Assembly: GCF_006345805.1 (NCBI RefSeq)
Contig: NC_043013.1
Span: 35,960,001 to 36,024,000, forward strand
Length of the DNA stretch: 64,000 bases
Direction of reading: 5' to 3'
Source: Octopus sinensis
Lineage: Eukaryota
Translations under genes and position numbers: made by a program
Shown: piece by piece, positions 11,899-24,562 of the stretch
Numbering within the stretch: the stretch's first letter is position 1
Layout of the letters: every line of letters starts with the position of its first letter
The notes under the pieces: model-generated
Seen by the model: only the letters and a program-made list of their open reading frames with translations
What the model was told of the DNA's origin: nothing
Database searches by the model: none

Positions 11899-12297
11899 AC
11901 TAGCAGTATCGCCCTGCGTTGCTCGGGTTTGTAAGGGAAATAACTATATAAGCATTTTTAGAGAGTTATAGCCAAAAAATAGCAAAAAAATGCATTAAAA
12001 TGGAAAAAAAATGATGGTAAATTTTTTTTAAATCGTTGACTCATCGTAGACATTTTTAGAGAGTTACTTCCCTTATATAATAGCGAAAAAATGCATTAAA
12101 ATGGAAAAAAAATTATGGTAAATTTCTTTTTAAATCGTAGACTCATCGTAGATATGCGCTAACACCCAGAAGGGCTCGATATGAATCACGACTATAAGAT
12201 ACCCGGTTTTGGTTAAACTGCACCGCAAAATGTGGGAGTAGTTAGGAATCTAAATCGTAGGAGACAGACACACAACCTTACTTTTATATATAAAGAT
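11899..12297 (+). mobile_element. Non-autonomous Helitron-like element (Lep1/DINE-type architecture) with an internal tandem duplication of about 100 bp
   Basis: Starts ACTAGCAGTATCGCCC.GCGTTGCTCGGG, ends CAGACACAC..CTTTTATATATAAAGAT; shares its 5' end with 13978-14347. Confidence 0.65.
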
Positions 12298-12367
12298 AAA
12301 TATATATAATGTTTCGTTTTGGGATTTGATTTTCAAGATTCTTTATATGAGTTGGTGTGTTGAAGCA

Positions 12368-13072
12368 TATTCTGTTGTGTCTGAGGAGAGTCATTTTCTT
12401 TTTTTGCCTTATAATTCAACACCACTCACCGGTAAAATTTCCACTTATTCCTTATTTCTATTTTCCTTAAATATTTTAGGAAAATAAAAATGGAATAAGT
12501 GGAAATTTTACCAGTGAGTCTGTTAAATTATAATGCACAAAAAGAAGATGACTCTCTGCAGACAAAACAGAATACACCTTTTCTGTTTTAAAATCCATAC
12601 AAAAATATTTTCCACTTATTTCATATTTTTATTTTCCAAAAATTTTTGTTGCATCTTGCAACCTTTTCAATACTCTTGACTCTGTCTATTATCTACACAT
12701 ACATACAGATGCACACACATACATGCATATATGCATATGCATACACATACATATATACATACACACACACATGCATACATGCATGCATAGGCACTCACAC
12801 ACTGGCCTACACACATGCGCACAAACAAACAAAAGGGAACACAGTGTAAATAACAAACAGAGTCAAGGCTATTGAACAGGTTGCAAGACGCAACGAAAAT
12901 TTTGGGAAAATAAAAATAAGAATTAAGTGGAAATTTTACCGGTGAGTGTGTTAAATTATAAGGCACAAAAAGAAAATGACTCACCCCAGACACAACAGAA
13001 TATATATAAATTATAAAAATAACAAAAGAAAAATATACAGTACAGTACAGTTTCTACTTTGTGGATTTTCAC
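12368..13072. mobile_element. Nested inverted copies of a Penelope-type pLTR-like repeat
   Basis: Imperfect palindrome 12368-12467 / 12478-12574; second inverted pair at about 12608-12690 / 12843-12935; the right copy extends to about 13000. Confidence 0.75.
12869..12905 (+). ncRNA. Variant minimal hammerhead-like motif (U3, palindromic AAUU stem III)
   Basis: CTA-TTGAACA-G-GTTGC-AAGAC-GCAAC-GAA-AATT-T-TGG; the inverted copy at about 12636-12673 reads TTGAAAA (U3-A8). Confidence 0.45.
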
Positions 13073-13155
13073 CTATTGCAGTAGGGTTTTTGGAACGTAA
13101 CTCTGTATAGGGATTACTGTATACAAATATGGGTATGCGTGTAGGTATGCACATA

Positions 13156-13570
13156 GGCGCAGGAGTGGCTGTGTGGTAAGTAGCTTGCTAACCAACCACA
13201 TGGTTCCGGGTTCAGTCCCACTGCGTGGCATCTTGGGCAAGTGTCTTCTGCTATAGCCCCGGGCCAACCAATGCCTTGTGAGTGGATTTGGTAGACGGAA
13301 ACTGAAAGAAGCCTGTCGTATATATGTATATATATATATATATGCGTGTGTGTTTGTGTGTTTGTGTTTGTTCCCCTAGCATTGCTTGACAACCGATGCT
13401 GGTGTGTTTACGTCCCTGTCACTTAGCAGTTTGGCATAAAGAGACCGATAGAATAAGTACTGGGCTTGCCAAAAGAATAAGTCCCGGGGTCGAGTTGCTC
13501 GACTAAAGGCGGTGCTCCAGCACGGCCACAGTCAAATGACTGAAACAAGTAAAAAGAAGTAAAAAGAGTA
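13156..13570 (+). mobile_element. SINE family A, full length
   Basis: Complete head, body and GTAAAAAGA tail. Confidence 0.9.
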
Positions 13571-13977
13571 TATAATTTTTATTGTGCGTAGCTTAGTTCT
13601 TATACTTGATTTTGTAGAAGATTTACAGATTTAAAGAAGAATACTCTGGTCAAGAAGCAAAATCTAGAATATAAAAGATTTTACGTAAACTCAGCAAAGA
13701 CTGAATTTTTATTAAAATTGTAGAAACAGACATGATTTTGCAGCCATCAAAGAAAAAGTGAGTTTGATAAACAGGAAGAAAAATGGTAGAGAGTCAGTAA
13801 GGTGTTATAGGAGTGGCTGCGTGGTAAGAAGCTTGCTTCCCAACCACATAGTTCTGGGTTCAGTCCCAACTCGTGGCACCTTGGGCAAATGTCTTCAACT
13901 ATAGCCTCGGGCCGAACAAAGTCTTGTGAGTGGATCTGGTAGGTGGGAACTGAAAGTAGCCCATCGTATATATATAT

Positions 13978-14347
13978 ACTAGCAGTATCGCCCGGCGTTG
14001 CTCGGGTTTGTAAGGGAAATAACTATAAAGCATTTTTAGAGAGTTATAGCCAAAAAATGGAAAAAAAATGATGGTAAATTTTTTTTAGTTAAAAAGGTCG
14101 AGTTGCGTCCCCATGACAGTCTGTGGTTTGTGTTTCTGATTCTCGACCCCATGTCGAATTTATCGATTTTTTTCAGAACTGGGGGAACTTTTCAAAATTT
14201 TCGCTGCGTTAGTTTTGAATTATGACATTGGGCTATGTGTGTGTCAAGTTTCATCAGAATCGGTTGAAAGCCGTGGTCAGGGTGAGGGTACAACCTAACA
14301 GACACACAGAAACACACACAGACAAACTGCCGTTTATATATAGAGAT
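13978..14347 (+). mobile_element. Non-autonomous Helitron-like element (Lep1-type)
   Basis: ACTAGCAGTATCGCCCGGCGTTGCTCGGG start; 3' part AAGTTTCATCAGAATCGGTTG..CAGACACACAG..CCGTTTATATATAGAGAT; inserted in a TA run after a family A 5' half (13809-13975). Confidence 0.7.
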
Positions 14348-14361
14348 ATATATATATATAT

Positions 14362-14584
14362 ATTTCTTTACTACCCACAAGGGGCTAAACATAGAGGGGA
14401 CAAACAAGGGGATTAAGCCGATTACATCGACCCCAGTGCGTAACTGGTACTTTATTTATCGACCCCAAAAGGATGAAAGGCAAAGTCGACCTCGGCGGAA
14501 TTTGAACTCAGAACGTAACGGCAGACGAAATACTGCAAAGCATTTCGCCCAGCTTGCTAACATTTCTGCCAGCTCGCCGCCTTT
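14362..14584 (-). mobile_element. tRNA-derived SINE, window family C
   Basis: Minus-strand head GGCGGCGAGCTGGCAGAAA..GAGTTCAAATTCCGCCGAGGTCGAC. Confidence 0.85.
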
Positions 14585-15284
14585 TATATATATATATATG
14601 TGAGACCACAACCTTGTGGGCAAGCGCAAGTGAGACCATAAGAACAAATCCTGAGGTTGATTTCTTCGACTAAAGGCGGTGCTCCAGCATGGCCACAGTC
14701 AAATGACTGATACAAATAAAAGAAAACAGAAAATATTTATCATCAGCATCATGCAGACTCTGTAAAGTGGTTGGTGTTAGGAAGGGCATCCAGTCATAGA
14801 AACCAAGCCAAAACAAACTATGAAACCTGGTGCAACTCTCCGGCATGGGAAAATGGAGATTAAATGATGACGATGATCATCATCATTATCATAAATCATA
14901 AACCTCATCATCATCATCAACATCATCAACATCATCATCCTCATCATATAATGCTCATTTTGTATCCTAGCATGGGTTTAAAAGTTTGAGAGGAGCTGGT
15001 GAACCAGAAAACTGAATCAAGCTCTTTGATCTGTGTTGGCATTGTTTCTGCAGCTGGATGCCCTACCTAATGACAACCATTTTGCAGAGGGCAACCAAGG
15101 GTTTTTTGCATGGCACTAGCACCAGTGAAACCACAAGCAACTTGCAAGACAAAGGATCCGCAGCCGAGAGGGGAAGTAATGTTGTGTCAGGTGATGGGAG
15201 ATGAGAGAGTATTGATAGAGCAACAGAAAGAGATGTTTTGGTATAAAGGAAATACACGGCTACCTCAGCTGGAAAACAGAGCAG

Positions 15285-15511
15285 ATATGTATGAATGTAT
15301 ATATGTATGTATGTATGAATGTATGTATGTGCGCATGTGTGTACGTATGTATGTATGTATGTATGTATGTATGTATGTATGTATGTACGTATGTATGTAC
15401 GTATGTATGTATGTATGCATGTATGTATGTATGTATGTATGTATGTACGTATGTATGAATGTATATATGAATGTATGTATGTATGTATGTATATATGAAT
15501 GTATGTATGTA

Positions 15512-15544
<33 letters not shown>

Positions 15545-15897
15545 ATGTATGTATGTATGTACTTACACACATTTACAGTCATTCACACAAACATATACAT
15601 TTCGAAATACAATCATAATCTCCATGAGAGGCAATACACACACACACACACACACAACACACACACATACACATGCACACATATGTATGCACACATAGGT
15701 AACTATATATATATGTGTGTCTCTGTGTGTGTGAGTGTGTGTGTGTGTGAGTGTGTGTGTGAGTGTGTGCATACATATATATATGTATGTATGTATGTAT
15801 GTATATATATATGTGTACATATATATATATATATATACACACACATTCATGCATTCATATATATGTATGTATATGTATGTGTGTGTGTGTTGTGTGT

Positions 15898-15933
<36 letters not shown>

Positions 15934-16375
15934 ATATACACCCACCAGTCTAGCTAATAACTTGTCTATGATGTCATCTATTTGAGGAAAGGAGGAGAGA
16001 GCAGTCGGGTGTTGACTTGGCTTGGCTTGGGACTTTCTTGATCCCAGTGTAAGCAGAAGGCTTAATACCATGTGGGGTTAGGGGTCAGTAATATTTATGG
16101 GGATAGGGGATGGTTGTGGCAGCAGTGGCAGTGGTAATGGCAGTGGCAGTAGAAGTTATGGTGGTGGTGGTGGTGGTGGTGGTGTTGGTGGTGATGGTGG
16201 CGGTGATGACAGCAGTGATGGTGGTCGTGATGCTTATTGTGGTGGTGGTGGTGGCAGCTGTAGTGGTGATGGTGATGGTGGTGGTGATGGTGATGGTGGT
16301 GGTGATGGTGATGGTGATGGTGGTGGAGATGATGTTGCTGCTGTGCATGAGACATAGAGGAGACATATTCAAATG

Positions 16376-16406
<31 letters not shown>

Positions 16407-16450
16407 TGTGTGTGTGTGTATGAGACATAGGAATTAGTGTGCACACGTGT
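15285..16450. repeat. (ATGT)n, (CA)n, (TG)n and (GGT)n microsatellite field
   Basis: Directly visible; source of many spurious ORFs. Confidence 0.9.
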
Positions 16451-16684
16451 GTGTGCACGTGTATGCATGTGAAAAGCATGACTGCATCAGGTAATGCATG
16501 ACAGGCTGCATTTTCAGGTATATATATATGTGCATAGATGCGTGACACACACACACACTCACTCACACACAAGCACACACACACTCACACATAGCATGCA
16601 TGTGTGTCTATCTATGTACAACATTCAGGTGTTACATAGCTGCAGCATGGTCAGACATTTAAAGAAGTTGATTTCACAATCATG

Positions 16685-16920
16685 TGGAGGCATGTGGCAT
16701 AGTGGTTAGTGTGTTGGACTCATGATTGTAAGATTGTGGTTTCAGTTCCAGGTCCAGGCGACGCATTGTGTTCTTGAGCAAAACACTTTATTTCACATTG
16801 CTCCTGTCCACTCATCTGACAAAAGTGAGTAACCCAGTGACAGACTAGCATCCCATCCAGGGGGTTAATACATTTCCTACAGAAACCAGGAAGTCGGTCT
16901 TTATGAGTCATTATCACTCA
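16685..16920 (+). mobile_element. tRNA-derived SINE, window family E (second decayed head at about 16940-17090)
   Basis: TGGCATAGTGG..GTTCCAGG..TTGAGCAAAACACTTTATTTCAC; similar to 55985 and 57141. Confidence 0.65.
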
Positions 16921-17677
16921 AGAAGGGACCTTTATCTTACTTTTATGTGGCTTAGTAGTAAAGGTGTTGACCCGTGATTGTAAGATTAAGGTTTTTATAC
17001 CTAGATCTGGTGGTGCGTTGTGTCTTTGAGCAAAGCACTTCATTTTTACATGTCTCAAGTCACTGGCCTCTCCAGTCAGGTAAATACATGGTATTTCAAA
17101 TAAAATGGCACTCAAACAATACATACACGTGAATATTGTAATGAATGTGTTCCAAGGATATACCATTCACTTTGAATTACTCAGTATGTATCTCTTTTAC
17201 GCTTTTACTCTTTTACTTGTTTCAGTCATTTGACTGTGGCCATGCTGGAGCACTGCCTTTAGTCGAGCAAATCGAACCTCAGTCTCCCGCGTGGCAGATG
17301 GGGATACTTACCACTACACTACCAAGGATCGGATGTATGTATACATACGTATGTATACATACATATATCATCATCATCGTCATCATTTCCATTCAACATA
17401 TGTTGTCCAGGTTAGCATGGATTCAACAATTTGACCAGAGCTGACAGACTCCAGTCTGATTTGGCATGGTTTCTACAGCTGGATGCCCTTCCGAACATCA
17501 CCCACTTTACAGAGTGTGCTGGGTGCTTTTACATGGTACTGCACAGGTGCTTTTATGTGGCACCACATGGCAATTTCATGTGGCACCTCATATGTCCAAA
17601 ATATATTTATATAACAAAAAATACGTACAGAGAAAATTATATCCTTATTATAGATCTCACCCTATAAAGCCAACAAT

Positions 17678-17724
<47 letters not shown>

Positions 17725-17730
17725 CCAATA

Positions 17731-17774
<44 letters not shown>

Positions 17775-18054
17775 TATTGGCTTTATATATATATATATAT
17801 ACATACATATATATATATGTATATATATATGTATATATATATATATATATATATTCATATATATACATACATACATATATATTCTAGGTGTTGTACCCAA
17901 TAAAGTCTATTACACATTTCATCTCCTATTTTATTAATACTTTTACCCCAAATGCCACTATGAAGTTCCTGCAGTAAATCTAAGGATAACATCAGGTAAT
18001 TGAAACTGCTGGTGCTTTACTCATCATCCAATTATACATTTTGTACAATTTCTC

Positions 18055-18090
<36 letters not shown>

Positions 18091-19543
18091 CAGAAAGTTG
18101 TGATTTGAGGAAAATTTGGCTATGATCTTTTGCTCTAATGTTTTCAAATTTTGGCACAAGGCTTAAATGCCAAGGGACCAGGTAAGTCAATTAGATTGAT
18201 CTCAATGCTCAGCATCTTTGATTGTAAGTCAACACAATCTCGGTAGTAGACCGGGTTCTAACTGGTTTCGAATTTTGGCACAAGGCCAGTAATTTTAGGA
18301 AGGATATAAGTTGAGTACATCAACCCCAGTGCTTAACTGGTATTGATTTTATCAACCCCAGAAAGGATGGAAAGTGAAGTCAACTCTCAGCGGAAATTGA
18401 GATCATAATGTAAAGACAAACAAAACCTCTGGTTAAGCATTTTGCCCAACATGCTAACGATTCTGAAAACTCACCACCTTATAATAACTCCTTTATTGAT
18501 GTGACAGTGAAGGAAAATATCAATTAAATACTAATTGGGTGTTTATAATTTTTTCAAGGTCAAACTCACTGCGAAGTTCCAACCGATTTTGTTTTTTCCT
18601 CATTGTATTGTCAACTCCAGAACTTGTTTTGTAGCCAAACTAATTACATCTACGTACATCACAGTCAATAATTTATGCAGCATGTGTCATCTCTTAAAAT
18701 TTGTATCAAGAATATCTCTTTACTCAGTGTGTGCGTATGTGTCTGTATTTTTACGATATCTGGCACCGTTGCGCTTGTCTTCGGGTTGTATGAATCAAAG
18801 CATGTAATAAAATATAGTGCTGTTCTATAAGTAACATAGTATAGGACTGTAATTAAACATTGATCTGTAATTAAAATGAGTAATGATTCCTATTATTAAA
18901 TATTAATCAGAGAACATGTACATAAAAGAGAATTTATTGTGACATAATCAATAATGTTTGATTTTTTAAAAAATTCTTTTAAAATTTATCTATTTATTAT
19001 TATTATTGTAATTATTATTGCTGTTATTATTGCTGTTATTGTTGTTGTTATTAGTAGTAGTTGCAGTACTGGTGAGTTCAAAAGCCATTGAGGGTAGTTC
19101 TGCCCTCCATCCTTTCGGGGTCAATAAGATAAGTACCAGTTGAGCACTGAGAGCCAACATAATCGACTTGCCCCTTTACTTCCCCCACAAAATTTTTTTA
19201 AAGTTGTTGATTCGTTTGAATTACATCCTTCAAGATTGTGTTCCAGCATGGTCGCAGTCTAGTGACTGAAACAAGTGTGTGTGTGTGTTTAGGTCTTTGA
19301 ATTTTGTCCTTCGCCACCACTTGCCAACTGACGTTAGTTTCTTCATGTCCCTCTAACTTCAGCAGTTTAGAATATAAACTGATAGGATACCAAATTTTTT
19401 TTAAAGAAAGTACTGGAATTAATTTTTTTTTGGCTAAAGTTCTGTGGTTCTCACCCAGGGTTTATATGACCCTTGGGGGTTCATGTAAGACTTTTGGGGG
19501 CCCATGCAAGCAAAACAGAAATTTGGAGATCCATAGTAGATTA

Positions 19544-19612
19544 TTAACCCTTTCGTTACCAACCCGGCTGAAACCACCTCTGGCTCTGTTGTACAAATGT
19601 CTTGTTTTCATA
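19544..19612 (-). mobile_element. Isolated terminus of the piggyBac-type MITE seen at 40734-41304, nested in a decayed hAT-like MITE (about 19443-19985)
   Basis: TTAA-CCCTTTCGTTACCAACCCGGCTGAAACC..; reverse complement of the 3' end of the 170-bp units. Confidence 0.7.
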
Positions 19613-20239
19613 TGACAGGCTTCTTTCAGTTTCTGTCTACCAAATCCACTCACAAGGCTTTGGTTGGCCTGAGGCTATAGTAGAAGACACTTGCCCAAGG
19701 TGCCATGCAGTGGGACTGAACTTGGAACCATGTGGTTCATAAGCAAGCTACTTACCACACAGTCACTCCTATGTCTATATTGCAAGAAAAAACTAAATTT
19801 ATTTTATCTGAAGTTTTACTTAGTTCAATTTACACAAGTGAATGTGTGAAAAACCAAATAGGAATTTTGAAAGAAGCTTCTATAAAACTAGTTTTTAAAT
19901 ATCAAATGGCTATGGGGGTCCAATAGAACAGAATAGCAATTCAAAAGGGTCCATAGATAAGAAAAAAAATGGTTGAAAACCCCTGAGCTAAACCCTTCGA
20001 CTTAGTGTCTCTGAATGGCTGCTATCCAATGATTGAAACAAGTGAAAGATTAAAGTTAGAATTATGATAAAAAATATGATAAAAAATATGATAAAAATAT
20101 GATAAAAAATATGATAAAGATGAAACCAAAACCAGTCTAGTACTAGGGGTGGGGTGGGGGAAAAGAGATAATAAACTGCCCCACCTGTAAAAATTTCTAG
20201 TCTCGTTTCTATATAAAAAAGCTATTATTTATAAATTAC

Positions 20240-20419
20240 CTCAGAAGAGATCCTGAAATGAAGCATAGCATTTTTATATTGCTATCCAAATATTTCATTC
20301 TGATGTAAGAGACTTGAATTTGTCTTCCATACATAATATTCTCATCACATGTTGCAAATCTTTTGTTATCTTGTCCATGTGACCCCTGAATATCCTGAAA
20401 GCTGACCTCATCACTTCCC
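20240..20419 (-). CDS. Candidate internal exon (180 nt, phase 2-2) of an unidentified gene: GSDEVSFQDIQGSHGQDNKRFATCDENIMYGRQIQVSYIRMKYLDSNIKMLCFISGSLL
   Basis: Long poly-T tract then gaag/acag acceptor (alternative start 20423 keeps the same frame), donor AG|gtaatt, 59 open codons. Confidence 0.55.
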
Positions 20420-21460
20420 CTGTCTTCATAGTCAAAAAAAAAACCAAAAAAAAACGAAATTAATTTTTAGTTTTTTTAAGTTTTTTGATGATAAAATTTC
20501 TGTTTAAAATGTATAACTCTGAAAATTTCGTAATAATTAACAAAAAGAAATATTTCCTTATTTATTTATTTAGTTAGTTTTTTTCATACCAGAAGCATCT
20601 TTATGTCAGAATTCTGTCTTAATAATGGGAAAATAAAATGAAAATCTTTTGGCAGAATCTCAGTTTTATGATAGAAATAATGGTTTTTATTTTTTTACCA
20701 AATGTAGGACATTTTGAAACTACTTAAGAATGAAACTTACTTAATGTTTGGCTGGATGTTTAAGTAGTTGTTTTTTGGGGATTTTTTAAAGTCATTATTA
20801 TATACCTATTCTTCTTGCTTACTCTAAAAAAAAAGGGACTACAAACAGGATCCTTTTGATCTAATGAATGTTAGAAAACTTCCTGGGGGAGCAGTTTGGT
20901 AAAATATCATCATCATTATCATCATCATCATCATCCACTCTATAAAGTAGTGGGCATTAGGAAGGGCAGCCAGCTGTAAAAACCATGCCAAAACACAGTG
21001 GAACTTGGTACTGTCCTTGGGATTGCCAGATCCTATCAAACCATCCAACTCATGCCAGATGTAAGACTGATATTAAATGACAATGATGTTGATGATGATG
21101 ATGATGGTCATCATCATCATCACAGGCATGATGGTGCACAGCCAACATGCTCCACCCCCCACCCCAACACGTATACAACAGGCTTCTTTCAGTTTCCATC
21201 TCCCAAATCCACTCACAAGATTTTGGTTAGCCTATAGTAGAAGACACTTGACCAAGGTACCACACAGTGGAACTGAAACTGGAACCATGTGGTTGGGTAG
21301 CAAACATTTTAAGATTCTTTTAATTTTTGTCTAAAAGATACACTCACAAGGACTTTAGCCACCCCAAGGCTATAGTAAAAGCCATTTGCCCAAGATGCCT
21401 ATTGTCTTTTAAGAGCATCTTCGTCTGTGTTATCTAAAATATCATCCACTTTATAAGACT

Positions 21461-21590
21461 ACCGGCGTCCGAATACCCAGCGTGGGCACCGAGACACGGG
21501 CCAGCACCGGACGCGCGGTCGCGACCAGAGTGGGCCAGGCGCACAGGAGAAGGGGGACCGGGGTCCCAGCCTTCGTACCGCCCCATGTGA
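21461..21590. other. Isolated GC-rich island (about 72% GC, about 16 CpG in 130 bp) of unknown origin
   Basis: Hand count of bases; flanks are AT-rich; no second copy noticed in the window. Confidence 0.8.
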
Positions 21591-21954
21591 TTTGAGGTAG
21601 ACTGACTGTTATCTCTAGCTTGATTAAGTGACCATTCAAAGATGTTTTTGAAAAACTGTTGAACAGTTAAATCAGATCAATAAATATTATCCATGTATTG
21701 AATATCGATTAAATATTGGAACCGTTTTGTGACTATTAACAATAATAAAACACATTTTCAAAATTTACATTTTTATTTTTAAATTATGAAATATATTCAT
21801 CTAATGTAAACTGTTCTCTTTCTGTTCATCTCCAAATCTGAAAAAAAAGACATTCCTGTCATGACCATCTCTTGAAACTCTATATCATATGTTGAAAAAT
21901 CTGCCTCGACAAATTCCTGTCTACTTATTGCAAACATGCAACTGAGAATATTAA

Positions 21955-22105
21955 CATAATGATGGTAGTGGTAGTGGTGGTAGAGGTGACAGCAGTGGTG
22001 GTGGTGTTGGTGGTGGTGGTGGTGGCAATAGCGATGGCAGCAGTAGTACTGATGATGACGATGATGATGACGACGATAATGACGAAGTTATTGTTGATGA
22101 TGTCA

Positions 22106-22138
<33 letters not shown>

Positions 22139-22880
22139 GTTGTGAGGATGGTGACAAGGATGATGATGGTGATGATGGGGAGGATGACGACAATGACAGT
22201 TTTTATGATGATGATGATGATGATGCTGACGATGACAGCGATGATGACAACACATGGTGGTGGAGGAGGAGGCGGTGGAGGAAGAAGAGGGGAGGGGAGG
22301 GGAGGATGAGTACGACGATGATGATGATGATGAAGATGATTAGGGGGGGGAGGAGGAGGAGGAGGAGGAGGACAAATAATTTGATATCCACTATTGTGTG
22401 TCTTTATCTTGGGTTGTATTCTTGACATAATGGATTTTAGAAAAATTATTTTTGCCAGCAGCTACGACACAGTAAGTTTTGAGTCATTGAAAAAGCTGCT
22501 TCTCCACCAGTCACACACATATGCTAGACATAGCAGCCAATTCTCCCTCAATATACAGCCTGCCATCTTAAGAAAACAAAAAAGGAGCTAACAAGTAAAG
22601 GGATTCTTGCACTCTATATTTGGAATAGTGAAAAGATGAGGTGGTCACGAGCTGGAATGTCTTTGATCAGAGGTCTGCTCTATACAGGTCGACGTGATTT
22701 AAATAACAACAAAAACAACAACAACAACGACAACAGCGGCAGCAGCAGCAACAGCAACTGCAGCAGCAACAACAGCAACAATAGTAACAACAGCTGCAAC
22801 AATAACAGCCACAACAATAACAACAGCAGCAACAACAACAACCACAACAATAACAACAGCAACAACAACAACAACAATCA
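21955..22880. repeat. Compound (GGT)/(GAT)/(GGA) trinucleotide tract, then a small repeat with an expanded (CAA/CAG)n tail at about 22640-22880
   Basis: GGTCACGAGCTGGAATGTCTTTGA..GGTCTGCT resembles the minus strand at about 53540-53600 and about 26545-26610. Confidence 0.7.
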
Positions 22881-23680
22881 AAGCAGTTGGAAAGAATGCA
22901 ATAAAAGCCAAATGTTGCTTTGCTGATGACAAAACGGTAATGAAGGACAAATATATATTGAAAGGAAGAAGCAGGGTCCTTGTTCCTTCCCCTTCCCTTT
23001 CTGCCCCTCACCCCTGACACAAACGAGGAAGGATTAACGAAGACTCCCTAAAAGTTGAGGTCACATGTTATTGATGGCTCCTTTGTTTGTTTGTGTTTGT
23101 GTTTATTTCTTTTTGTTTTATTTAATTGTTTTATAAATATAAACCGTTTCCTTATGTCCAGAAATTTCGGTCTCCATATATTGACATGGACTGATACCGG
23201 ATTAGTGAGATGGATTAGTCAGTAACCCCTTAAACCTGATTTCCTTCACTTTTGCAATCATTATTTCTGCCCCTTCACACACACTTCCCCTTCACACGCA
23301 CACAAACATACACACACACACACACAAAGGCACACATGTACACACTCATATGTACATGCATGCATCTCGTAAGTCCACAGTAATATTTTCACAAAGACGT
23401 GTATATATATATATGCACATGCATATGCATATATACATATATACACTAACATTATTCTCCTTCATATTTATATATATATACATACATATATATACGTATA
23501 TATATATATATATATATATAGATATATATATACATGTCTACAAATAAACACACATACAGATACATACACCAACATACACACTGACATTGTTGCAGACACA
23601 CAAATTTACACATGGACACGAGAAATCTAATAGACTACAAAACAAATGTGTGCGTGTGTATATATGTACTTATGTGCATT

Positions 23681-23712
<32 letters not shown>

Positions 23713-23878
23713 TATATATATATATGTGTGTGTATGTATGTATATATATATATACATGTATGTATTTATATATACATATGTGTATATATATGTATGTGTA
23801 TATATATATATATGTATGTGTGTAGATATAAATATATATATATATATATATATACACATACATACATATACACATATA

Positions 23879-24273
23879 CTCTTTTACTCTTTTACTTGTT
23901 TCAGTCATTTGACTGCGGCCATGCTAGAGCATCGCCTTTAGTCGAGCAAATCGACCCCGGGACTTATTCCTTGTAAGCCCAGTACTTATTCAATCGGTCT
24001 CTTTTGCCGAACCGCTAAGTAACGGGGACGTAAACACACCACCATCGGTTGTCAAGCAATGCTAGGGGGACAAACACAGACACACAAACACAGACATATA
24101 TATATACATATATACGACAGGCTTCTTTCAGTTTCCGTCTACCAAATCCACTCACAAGGCATTGGTCAGCCTGGGGCTGTAGTAGAAGACACTTGCCCAA
24201 GATGCCACGCAGTGGGACTGAATCCGGAACCATGTGGTTGGTTAGCAAGCTACTTACCACACAGCCACTCCTG
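23879..24273 (-). mobile_element. SINE family A, full length
   Basis: Reverse complement of the complete family A unit. Confidence 0.9.
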
Positions 24274-24562
24274 CACCTATATGTATTTGCATAAGCCATA
24301 AATGTAACCCTAATGTTCCAGTGACCTGATGTATTAGCTTTCTTTATTTGCATTAATTTGTGAATATACAATTGTATTGTATAATGCTGAGCATACATAA
24401 TGAACATATGTCCATATGATTTTTGCATACTAAAATTAATACTGCATGAAGAAGGTTATGAAATAGTTGTAATCATATGGAATTCATATGGAAAATTAAA
24501 TCTATCTGTACCTCTTGTATCACTTGACGTTATGTCATATATATATTTATATATATATATAT

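Noticed and set aside
21555-21600. CGGGG-TCCCAGC-CTTCG resembling a twister P4 loop
   Set aside because: The upstream UAA/GC cleavage element and the downstream GA-GGG pseudoknot partner are missing.
22700-22890. Apparent polyglutamine/polyasparagine tract
   Set aside because: The Q frame has several TAA/TAG codons, and the tract is the expanded CAA tail of a small repeat also seen near 26550 and 53550.
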